From assembly GCF_009914755.1 (NCBI RefSeq), contig NC_060942.1: a stretch of 64,000 nt of DNA. One strand, 5' to 3'. The notes beneath the pieces are model-generated. The model worked only from the letters and a program-made list of their open reading frames with translations. It ran no database searches and was not told where the DNA came from. Of the stretch, positions 42,421 through 58,492 are shown piece by piece. Every line of letters starts with the position of its first letter. Positions within the stretch are counted from its first letter, which is position 1. The translations under genes were made by a program, and so were the position numbers. The DNA is from the human T2T-CHM13v2.0 reference genome, Homo sapiens.

Positions 42421-43026
42421 GTTGTTTTAAGATGGGAGAGATGGGAGTATCTTGAACACAGACGCAAAGGCATCAGCAGAGATGAGAAGACATGATTTTA
42501 GAGAACGAAGACAGCACCGCAGACGGTAGCGAGACCCCTGGACCCCCACACTCAGCTCTTTCTGCTCCTCCTTGGTGGAGCCACTTGACTGACCACAATG
42601 CGCAAAAACACTATCACCCACGGGGCTAGGAGCCGACGTCGCTCCCATGAGTGAGTTTTGAGAAAGAGCACTGGCCAGTGTCTGGGAGAGCGAGGCTCCC
42701 CCGCCACGAGCAGGTGTCTCCTCCGTTCATAGGATCCTTCCTTGAAAGGCCCGTTCTGAGCACTGTGGAAGCAGAAGTGAACTTGCCCTTGCTCTGCTGC
42801 AGGAACCTGACCTAGCAACCATCCTTCTGTCCTTGCAGGTCTGAGACTGGTCTGCATGCCGTTCCAGACACTAGCGGCCACTCGGTACCTGCGGCCTGGA
42901 GGAGGGAAACCCCCTCAATGTGCAGGATTGCAATACTTCCCTTTCCTTTCACCAAGTTTTGTTTGAGCAACCTCAGGGCCTAGAATTCTTCTTCTGAACT
43001 CCAGAGTAGAGGAAATTGGGAATAAC

Positions 43027-43872
43027 ATATATATATATAATATATATAATATATAATATATACATTATATATGACATAATATATAATATATATCATATAT
43101 CATATATACATTATATATGGCATATATATTATATATATTATATATTATATATATTATATATTATATATTATATATATTATATATAATATATATTATATAT
43201 TATATATATTATATATAATATATATTATATATTATATATATTATATATAATATATATTATATATTATATATATTATATATAATATATATTATATATTATA
43301 TATATTATGTCATATATAATGTATATATTATATATTATATGTATATGTCATATATTATATATATTATGTAATATGTCATATATAATATATGTCATATGTC
43401 ATATATAATATATAATATATAATATTATATGTCATATATAATATATAATATTATATGTCATATATAATATATAATATTATATGTCATATATAATATATAA
43501 TATTATATGTCATATATAATATATAATATTATATGTCATATATTATATATATTATATTATATGTCATATATTATATTATATTATATATCATGTATTTTAT
43601 ATATTATATTATATATCATATATTTTATATATTATATATTATGTTATAGATAATGTATATATTATAATGATATCATATATAGTATATAGTATATATGATA
43701 TCATATATAGTACATATATGATATATATAGTATATGATATATATAGTATACATATCATATATAGTATATATGATATATATCATATATAGTATATATGATA
43801 TATATCATATATAGTATATATGATATATATCATATATACTATATATTATATGTCATATACATATACATATAC
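43027..43872. repeat. ~845-bp (TA)-based low-complexity array with 7-, 26- and ~27-30-mer sub-arrays
   Basis: Almost pure A/T; for example ATATATAATATTATATGTCATATATA repeats at 43441 and 43467. Confidence 0.97.
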
Positions 43873-43874
43873 AC

Positions 43875-44169
<295 letters not shown>

Positions 44170-44801
44170 AATAAAATATATATTTTTAAAAAAGAAAATA
44201 GATAGAAAAAACAGTAGTGAGGAAAGAAACCAGGAAAACATATTGCCCCATTTATATAGGTGTTGGTTGTGAAAATATAATCATAGCTATCTAGGATGGC
44301 AATCCCCCATAGTCTGAAAACAAGAGAAAGAAAAGGCACAGTAAGATTTTTATTTTTGTTGGATGGAAAACAGGAAAAGTTTGTTAATACTGGACATTGA
44401 CAGAAAGTCTGAATATATGAGTTTAAAAATTATGAGTAACAACTAGGAAAAATAAGAAGAAAAGTTTGTTAAAAACTTGAGGGAATCATGGCAAATAGAA
44501 ACACAGTTGCAGAATAAGTTAAAGCACATTGGTGATAAATCAGAAGGCTCTAAGACTAGCTTTAAAATCGAGTTATATGCTCTGCACGCGAGACAACCCT
44601 GAAACAAAACAAGAAGGGTGAATACGAAACAAGAGACACCAGGCAATATTAACAAATACAAATAAAACGTGATAGTATAAACCACAGGCAAAACAGAATG
44701 CATGATGAAAAGAAGTAAGACAGCTAATGTTGATGAAATTAAAAGAAGATTAAAGTTATGATCATTTATTTAGCTAATACTATAGCTTCAAAGCATATAG
44801 A

Positions 44802-45100
44802 GGCCAGGCACTGTGGCTTATGTCTGTAATCCCAGCACTTCGGGAGGCCGAGGAGGGTGGATCGATTTGAGCCCAGGAGTTCAAGACCAGCCTGGGCAAT
44901 GTGGCAAAATCTCATCTCTACAAAAAATACAAAACTTAGCCAGGCATGGTGGCACGTGCCTGTGGTCCCAGCTACTTGGGAAGCTGAGGCGGGAGGATCA
45001 CCTGAGGCTGGGACTTTGAGGCTGCAGTAAGCCATGATCACACTACCACACTCCAGCCTAGGCAACAGAGTGAAACCTGTCTCAAAAAACCCCAAAACAA
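44802..45100 (+). mobile_element. AluJ
   Basis: GAGCCCAGGAGTTC and GAGGCTGCAGT diagnostics. Confidence 0.9.
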
Positions 45101-46032
45101 CACCATATAAGGCTAATAAATATCAAGACAAAAGTGGACAAATCATCAATTATATTAATGGACTTTCACATCTAACAGAAATAATGGATTAAGTATGCAA
45201 AACTAGCTGGGAATAACAATGAGTAAGCTTCAGCTAATAAAACACAGAATACTATTGCTAATGAAGAGAGAATACAGCCTCCTTGCAAATACACATGAAG
45301 CAGTTACTTAAAAGAAGACCCTGAGAACTTACTGACAAATTCCTAAGTGCAGAAACCATGAAGGCATTGTTCTAAACCACAAGACAAATAACTAGGAATT
45401 AACAATAAGAAAATAGCAAACCCTTCACTAAAAAAAGAGTAATTAAAAAATTGATGCCCTGAACCTGAAATAAAAAGTGGAAAGAAAAAAATTGAGCAAA
45501 AACTTAAAATACCTTACATTTAAGATACCTATTTACCTATAAATTTAAAGATTTTAAGACAAAAAAAGTCAATCAGAAATTAGAAAGTATTTAGAGAAAA
45601 AATAAATGAGGGATCTAGGTATCAAATATATGGGATTTGCCCAAGCGAAACCCAGAAAAGTCTTAAACAAAAATTCATTTATTATAAAATACATGAATGA
45701 GGGTTTCAACTCAGGAAGTTAATAACAGAAGTTGATGTCAACAGAAGTTATCAACGGTTATCCACATTTATTTTTCAAACACAATTTAATGAAATAAATA
45801 GAAATAATAATCATTCAGTTGAACAATAAAATCTAAAGCTATTTATTTTAATAAGTAAATTATCAGATAAACTCTGCCAAGTCTAAACAATAGAACAAAA
45901 TAGAATAAACATAATAAATCAGTAGGAATAAATAATATGAAAATATTTTTGTATTATAAAAGAATAATGCATTTATACCAATACGCTTAAAAACAAATGT
46001 TTCTAAAATTATTTTAAGAAATATAAACTACC

Positions 46033-46692
<660 letters not shown>

Positions 46693-46721
46693 TGTTATGA
46701 CCTTAAGTAAACCAATAATTA

Positions 46722-47066
<345 letters not shown>

Positions 47067-47615
47067 CTAGGTCCTGAATTTTGAAAGACACCAGATTAAA
47101 TGATTTTATGCAGTTGGGCAAATATCAAAATAAAGTTATGTTTACACTATAGTGTATTAAGTATGCAATAGCATAGTGTCTAAAAAACTAATGTACATAC
47201 TTCAATTAAAAATGACTTTGTTACTAAAAAGTGCTAACAATCATCTGAACCTTCAGTGAGTTGTAATCTTTTTGCTGGTGGAGGGACTTGCCTGGAGGCT
47301 GACGGCCTCTGACTGATCAGGGTGGCAGTTGCCGAAGGTTGGGATGGCTGTGACAATTTCTTAAAATAAGACAACAATGAAGTTTGCCACATAAATTGAC
47401 TCTTCCTTTCGTGAAGGACTTCTCTGTAGCATGCAAGGCTGTTTGATAGTATTTTACCCACCTAGAACTTCTTTCAAAATTAAGTCATTTTTCTCAAACT
47501 CTGACCCAGCTTTATCAACTAAGTTTCTGGAATATTCTAAATCCTTTGTTGTTATTTCAACAATTTCACGGCATCTTCAGCAGAAGTAGATTCCATCTCA
47601 AGAAACCATTTTCTG

Positions 47616-47949
<334 letters not shown>

Positions 47950-48173
47950 TTAATTTATACCGTGAGATGGCAGCAATTCCGTCCCAGCTTCAGGCTCCAC
48001 TTCTCATTCAAGTTCTCTCGTTATTTCTACCATGTGTGCAGTGACTTCCTCCACTGAAGTCTTGAACTTGAAGTTAATTCCCACCCTCCAAGTCATGCAT
48101 GAGGGTTGGAATTAACTTCTTCCAAATTTCTGTTAATATTTTGACCTCCTTCCATGAATCACAAGTATTCTAG

Positions 48174-48567
<394 letters not shown>

Positions 48568-49088
48568 CATCTTTTTGCAATATAAGGCTGTTTTGTCTAC
48601 ACTGAAAATCTGCTGTTTAGTGGAGCCACTTTCATAAATTATCTCAGCCAGATCTTCTGGGTAACTTGCTGCAGCTTCTCCATCAGCACTTGCTGCTTCA
48701 CCTTGCGGAGGTGGCCTCTTTCCTTAAACCTCATGAACCAATCTCTGCTGACTTCCAGCTTTTATTCTGCATCTTCCTCACCTGTCTCAGACTTCACAGA
48801 GGTGAAGACAGTTAGGGCCTTGCTCTATAACAGGCTTTAGCTTAAGGGAATGTTCTGGCTGGCTTGATCTTCTATCCAGACCACTCAAGCTTTCTCCATA
48901 TCAGCAGTGAGGCTGCTTTCCTATCATTCATGTGTTTACTGGAGTCGCACTTTAAATTTGCTGCAAGAACTTTTCCTTTGCATTCACAACTTGTCTAACC
49001 ATTCAGCACTACAGGCCTACCTTTAGATCTATCTGGGCTTTGGACATGTGTTTCTCACTAAGGTTAATCACTCCTAGCTTTTGATTTA

Positions 49089-49613
<525 letters not shown>

Positions 49614-50150
49614 CTAAACAATGACCATAACCACAAACCTCACTGACCACAGGTCACCATAATAACAGACATAATAGAATGCAAACGTTTGCAATATTGT
49701 GAGAATTACCAAATTGTGACCCAGAGACACAAAGTGAGCACCTCTGTTAGAAAAATGGCGCTGATAGACTTGCTTAATGCAGGAAAGACTTGCTTAATGC
49801 AGTAAAACAAAAACACAAAAACACAGCAAAGCACAATAAAACAAGGTATTACCTGAATGTAGACAACAAACAGAGAATGCCTCAGCCCCTGCTTCATCCT
49901 AATCCCAATGCCTGGGACTATGAACTATAGATCTTTTACTATGGGAGTGAAACTATACATATCTACATAAAATTTACAAAAATGGATCTTGTTACATTTT
50001 GCTTTGCAACTTTCTTTTTCACTTTAACCACATATAAGGATGTCACGCCATATTAAAATATGATAGATTTGTAGTACTGAATTGTATGAATGTTCTGTCA
50101 TACACCGTAGAATATTTAGCTTCAGTTTTTCGCTTGCTTCAGTGAAATAA

Positions 50151-50457
<307 letters not shown>

Positions 50458-50469
50458 CAGTATCTGCCT

Positions 50470-51300
50470 AGATATTTCCCAAAGGAAATATGCAAATGGC
50501 CAACAAGCTCATAATACATGCTCAAAAGCATTAGCCTTCAGGGAGACTCAAATAAAAACCACAATGAGATACCACTTCACACCCACTGGGCTGGCTGGAG
50601 TCAAAAGGCAGATAATAACAATAATTGGCAAGGATGTGGTGAAATGAGAAGCCTTGTATACTGCTGGTGGGACTGGAAAATGATGCAGCCACTTGGAAGA
50701 CAGTCGGACAGGTCCCCAAAAGGTTCAACATGGAGTTACCAGGTGACCCAGCAATTCTGCTTCTAGGTATACACCTAATATAAATGAAAACATGCATTTA
50801 CACAAAAACTGGTACACAGATGTTCACGGCAGCATGATTCATAACAGCCAAAAAGTGAAAACAAGCCAAATGTCCATCCACTGATGAACGGATAAAGAAA
50901 ATGTGGTGTGTGTAATTGATGGAACACGACTCAGCCATGAAAAGGGGAGAAGAACTGACACACGCCATCACATGGATGAGCTTCTCAGAACAGTATGCTG
51001 AGTGGAAGAAGCCAGGCACGAAAGAATGCATCATGTCTGAGTCCATTCATATGAAATGTCCTCAACAGGCAGATCCAGAGGGGCCAGAAAGTAGATTCGT
51101 GGTTGACTGGAGTTGAGGACCTTTGGCGGGGAAATGAGAGTGACAACTGATGGATATGAGGTTTCTTTTCAGGGTGATGAAAATATTTTGATACTGGAGA
51201 CGGGCCATGGTTACACAGCATTGTGTATATGCAAAAAGCCATTGAATTGTACACTTCAAATGGGTGCACTGTACGGTAGGTAAGTTATACCTTAAAAAAA
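50470..51300 (+). mobile_element. L1MB 3' end
   Basis: AAAACCACAATGAGATACCACTTCACACCCAC...CCATTGAATTGTACACTTCAAATGG. Confidence 0.9.
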
Positions 51301-51399
51301 GCTGTTACTTGTTTGAAATGACAGGACTGTTAAATACACACACACACAGAGGTCAAGTGGTCTGAAAGACAGGGTATCTTCCTAGATACCCAGGAGGAG

Positions 51400-51530
51400 A
51401 GAGATGGAAGTGTTGGCTTCTTGCCCTGACTTTGCCATTTACTAGCTGTGTGATTTTTCATAAGTTCTTTAACTTCTCTGGGCTTTAGATAGCTCATCTG
51501 AAAAATGAGAGGCTGGAACTAAATAAATCC
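51400..51530 (+). mobile_element. MIR
   Basis: TGCCATTTACTAGCTGTGTGA...CTCATCTGAAAAATGAG. Confidence 0.75.
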
Positions 51531-51891
51531 TCCCATAAAAGAGTTCTATGCTCTAGATTTAAAGTGGAGCTGTATCTGCTCATATGGAAATATGAGCATA
51601 ATTATGAAAACAGTACATATTGTACCTATTTAAGATCTATAACAATATATAAATTGTGGCTGTCTTATATAATGGGTGATTCGGGTTTTGCTTTTATCCT
51701 TGTATGCTTCCTAATTCTTTCATAGCAAGCATATTTTATGTTATACTTGGAAAAGCCTTATAAAAACCAAAAAACAGTGTTGTATTGCATAGGTTAAAAT
51801 ATGATAGCTTGATATAAATACAAGCCTGTTAAATCTATAAATACAAATGCAAGACATTTGTAAGTCCCCTGTGATGTGTGGAGATATTTGA

Positions 51892-52219
<328 letters not shown>

Positions 52220-53067
52220 AAAATTGGGATTCTTCTATACGAATGAAGTTCTTCGTTTAAACGTGTTCTTTGTTTTCAAATTGAATGTGGTCCTTGGCAC
52301 ATAGTTTTGATTTGTATCATGTATGTGCAGGTGCTGAGTTAACTCACATAGACACCAAGGTAGCGAGGGGGCCTCTGGTGCCCCTTTCCCAATAAAGGGG
52401 AAATGGAAAAATACTGAATCTCGCAATTTCATATGCGAAACTCCGTTACTTACAATGAGTCTGGACTGAGAACAAGACGAAAGCTATGGTGAGTAAGTTA
52501 TACCATGCAATCAGTAATTTTTCCATGAAGGAGGTAATAAAACGGTGAAGACCTTCATTTTATTTTAGGATTCCAAACTAGGAAAGTAAGATTTACAAGA
52601 CCACTTCGATTAAATTAAAAAAAAAAAAAGCCTTTCTTTAACTGAAGTATTTCTAGTGAACACATTTGAAGTGGCATTTTATCTCTATGAGCACGAAACA
52701 AAGGTCATGTATGTTAAAAAGTGAATACAAACATAATGGAAGATCTTACGTATGAGGGTGGGTTTTGGGGGGACCTCAAAAATCCATCCCCATGCGTCCC
52801 TCCAGGTGTTTGCTTGTTATGTCTGGAAAGGGATCTGGAGGTCATGGTGGACCTTAGAACTCCCTCAGCAAATGTGGCTGCGACTGGCTTTTACTCTGGG
52901 AGACAAACTGCCCCTTGCAGTGTGAAGGGACCCACGATAAACACTCGTCCCTTTGCCTGTTACCCTGCACAATTAGAGGCAAGCAACAGGACTCTAAGGA
53001 TGTTGGTTATTTCTGCAGCTCGAACACATACAGATGGAATTGGAGATGCATATGTTGTGTTAGGAGC

Positions 53068-53098
<31 letters not shown>

Positions 53099-56000
53099 GC
53101 CTGGCGTCTTTATTGTATTTGTTATTTAAATATCCTGTTGTGTACGTATAAAGACAGGAAGTGAGTTATACAAAACCTTACAACAACAACAGTATTGAGT
53201 GTCAGACAAGCAGATGTGCCTGGTGTTTGGGGAGATGATATATATTTAGTTTTTGAAAATGTTCAATAGTACCACATTTTCTCTGGGAGAAACATTCTCA
53301 GTATTTCCAAAGAAGCATGGCAGCGCCGCATAAATATTCTCCGGTTAATCACGGGCGCTTGGGCCTGGAGCAGCAGACTTTCATTATTGAGCTTTTTGCT
53401 TTGCTTTATTTGTGTTTCTTTCAGAAAACTAAAATCTTGTCTTGCACGGTCAGAGAAAGAGAGGTGGGATCGATGTCCTCTGTCTATTCCCTGGTGCATT
53501 GTTCCTGCCTGGGCTCCGCGGGGCTTGATGCGGATCAGAATCTCTGTGCACACAGGAGAGGGATCCTCTTTCAGGTCCACACCGCCGCCGGTTGTGCGGC
53601 CGAAACTGCAGCCCGGGGTGGTGTGGGAGAACGTCCGCCAGGGCTCACGCCCCCGACTCGACAGAGAACTGTGGGGAGCAGCTCCTTCCTCTCTCGGGAA
53701 AGGGTCGACACCCCCTGTTCCCATCTGAGCTTTTTTTGTTGTTGTTCGCCCATTCACATTTCCTTGGTTGTATTTTGGATTTAAGATTTTAAAAATCTAT
53801 ACATTTTCCAACGTTGGGTAGTAAAAAAGAATTTTGATTTAGAGTAGAAAACACGTTTGTAAAAACCCAAGGACTTAGCTTGTCAACTCTCGTGTTCATA
53901 AAATAAACTGGCTAAGATATAGTAAAATGGCGTTTTAGGAGAGATTACAACAATTATTAATTTTATTAACAACATTGAAAATGAGACTCTCCATTTCTAG
54001 CATAGTAAAGCAGCCCTTTTAATGGTCTCACATGAAACGCTGAACTCTGGGATAGGAAATGGAGAGGAGTTTGAAGAAGAGTGTTGACCGTTCCCATTAG
54101 TTTCTGAGCTGGCTCTAAACGCCAGATAAAGAATGAGTCCTTCCTGCGGTGTAAGCCCCTCGGCTCTTTCCCCCTCCTTCTGGTGGACGGGAGCAGATAG
54201 GTTCCATTTTCTGCCTCTAAAATGATCCGGAGCCTCGTGATGCTTTATCTCTACAACCAACGCCACATAGTAATTGTGAAGCCCCTACTTTTACACAGTG
54301 AATGTAGCTTTAGCTTAAACAGCGCGTTCTCTTTAAAGTTTCTCAGAAGGATCTCAAATCTGACAAAATGTAAAAGGACATAAACTCAGATGTTTGGGGG
54401 AAAATTTACTGCATTTTGCTTGTATGTTTTTCACGCTGACAATTTGCATATATTCATTCATTAGTTTGTTAACTTTATTTAAGAACTACACATTTGAAAA
54501 GTCATGTTAAAATTAGAGAAAGTGATTCAAATGTACCATTTCACAATAAAATCAAGAACAACCTAATTTCTTGTCACTGTTTCAGCTTCATTTTTCCTTT
54601 GCTTTTTTTTTGTTAGACTGTAAGAATTGTTATTTTGAAATCAGTGTGCACATTTTTGAGCAAATCTTTCTAAATAGCTATTTGTGTAAAACTTAAACTT
54701 TAATAAGCTTCGGGGCAGCATTGTTCGGTGTTTGGATTGCAAGGTGCCCACCCTTTTCAAGTGGCATTAGTGAATCCCAGCTTAAAAAGCTTAATGAACA
54801 AGCACATCCCACTCAGGAGGCAGCCTTGTTAGAAACTACAATTTGGTCCAAAGGCAGCCTTTTTATGTATTTGATTTGCTGATTTCTCAGAATTAGGTAA
54901 ACTATTGCTGGAACTGATTTATGTTAGCATCACTTGAAAACATCATTTGGCCAGCTATGTTTTAAACACCTTAGCTTGATCTCTGTTTCTGGGTTTTTCT
55001 CAAACATTGAAAAAACAAATCAATGGTCCTTTGGCCACTTGAAGCCTTATTTTTTATTTCCCTTAAATAACACGAAACTTCAGGCATGCATTGCAGTACC
55101 ATAATATGTGTGAATGTGTATGTATATATTTATAGATGTTATATTTATAGTTATAGTTGGATTTTAATAACATTCTCTTCCAGTTATGATTCTTCTTTGG
55201 TTATCATGTGCTCTAGGATTCCCACCCTTAGTGGTAACGTGATGACAAATGGATTCCTAAAGTAGTATTTAATGGCCTTTGGGTTTGATACAGCAACTGT
55301 TCTTATGTTCATTCACAGGCTTTGTCACAAAACACAGTCCAGTTTATTCCTAGCCCTAGGAAATAATAGCTCCTGACATTTGTAGGATTAAAATATAGGA
55401 TTAATGATCAGCTTTTAATGTGCAAATTAAGTATTCAGTCTGAGAGTATCAGCCTTCCTGTTACCCATCTTATTTATCCCAAATTTCCTGTTGAAATAAG
55501 TGCAGGTAGAGAGTTTCCACCTCAGCCAGCAGGAATCACACTGGTACAAAACTTCTAGACTTTTACGATAAAATAAAAAAAAGTAAGGAAGAATACTTTG
55601 GAAAGTAGCATATTTATATTTCTACTGAAATGCCATCAAGATTTCAGAGCAGTTAACGATTAACTTTAAAAACTGCAAGGCCTGAATCTCAACCTAAAAA
55701 ATAAAAAAGCTGACAGCTGAGCAGAGCTTCCTCTTCCCTGTTGAGTCCTATCCACTTAAATGGGGAGAAAAGGGAAATTTATGGCTTTCATGTTCTAGTA
55801 AGAAAAAATCATTGTCTTATTCTCAGTAAAACTGGGAAAGGTGCTTTTTTTCTGAAAACTACGGCATAGCTGCCTGCCTTCTTTAAAGGCTTAATAACGT
55901 TCTTTGTCAGTCTTCACTCATGGCAACCTATTTAGAGGCTACTTATATGCATCAAATTATATGGTTAAAAACCATTGCATATTTTCGTAACTAGAAAAAG

Positions 56001-56467
56001 CATTTTTAAATACAATGTTTAAAAGACTTTTCTATTGTCTATGCCACAAGGGGGGACATTTAATTTGCAAAGTCATCTGCATGGCAGTAACAAGTTTCAG
56101 GACTGACATTTCTCCAGCTAAATGAAGTCCTTTTTTTCTTTTTAAATTTTTTTTTTCATTTTCAAATAACCTCCTTCCTGCCATTTTGGTGGGATTTAGG
56201 TTTTAGGAGTCGACTGATTTATTATAGCATACAAGCTTGATTGGCGAGGCTTTATTTTTCATTGGTATCATGTTTGAAATTATTCTTTGGTCTCAGTAAC
56301 ATAGGTTGACTGGACACATGCATCCCAGAACAGCAGCCCTCAAGGAGGCTTTCAAGAGCCACACACAGAAGTAAGAGCGTGCCTCACACTTGCCACGGGT
56401 GCGTCCATGAAAGGCACACTGTCATGCACACTCTCCACTTCGGCAACTCACAGCCCTTCTCCCTCCT

Positions 56468-56566
56468 TCTTTATATCGTAGTATGCAGAGGCTAACAGGA
56501 TCTTTATACCATAGTATGCAAAGGCTAACAGGATCTTTATACCATAGTATGCAGAGGCTAACAGGA
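56468..56566. repeat. 33-bp tandem repeat, 3 copies
   Basis: TCTTTATACCATAGTATGCAGAGGCTAACAGGA at 56468, 56501 and 56534. Confidence 0.95.
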
Positions 56567-57469
56567 AAAGTCAATTCAACTACTTGAGAACTTTGGTCCT
56601 AACAAACTGCTTCTAAATGTCTCCCGGGAGATTTCTTTTGTTATTTCAATAACAATGCCAATTTAAAAGGATACCTCTGATTTCCAACAATCCAAAGCAA
56701 TATATTGCTAAGACCCTTTGAGAAACTTAAACCACATATAAATGAACCGTACAGATTCTCTTTTCAGTGCATTTAGATAGCCATGGGAAGCAGAGGTTTC
56801 AGAGAAGCGGGTTTAAAATGAATAGGGCATCGCCAAAAGTATAGAAGACTATAAACATTATGACGCACACACTGGCTTTCAGACAACAGCCTTGATTTCA
56901 ACCAGTGAAAATCCTAGGAAACTTTTTAACAAAGACTAAACTCTTTTAAATGAGCATTCAGCCAGAGCTCCATGTGTTTATCACGGGGCAGGGAGATTTG
57001 GAGGAGTGGGAGCGTGGGGGAGCTGAGTGAAGGAGGTCAGGGTGAGTCCTGTGCGCACAGAAGGCCGGGCCTCCTCGCCCTGCTGCAGCCACCTCCTTTC
57101 ATGCTGAATGAGCCGCCTCTTCAGGCACAGAACCGTCTGTGACTAAGGGGGAACTTCGTGCCCCGTACAGCAGCAGTGAGGTGCTCCTGCGCCGGCCTAG
57201 GGAGGTCTGTGTGCTTCTGGGCCACTACCTTTTCCCGTTTGTTTTGAAAGCAAGCAAGGCAGCCATTCCTGAAACGCGCGCCTAGGAGCCTGGGAGCGCC
57301 GGCGTCACAGGCCACGTCCAAGAGACCACGTCTCTTGGATAAATAAAGCGCTTCAGAGAAATCCTTGCTCATTCGATAGAGACCATTTAAAAACTGTATT
57401 ATTTATAATAATACAAATTATTATGTTATAACACCCATAATGACAAAAACTGGCAAAGTTATGATGCAT

Positions 57470-58492
<1,023 letters not shown>

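Noticed and set aside
51577-51598. 9-bp inverted repeat TGCTCATAT-GGAA-ATATGAGCA
   Set aside because: Short enough to occur by chance in 64 kb.
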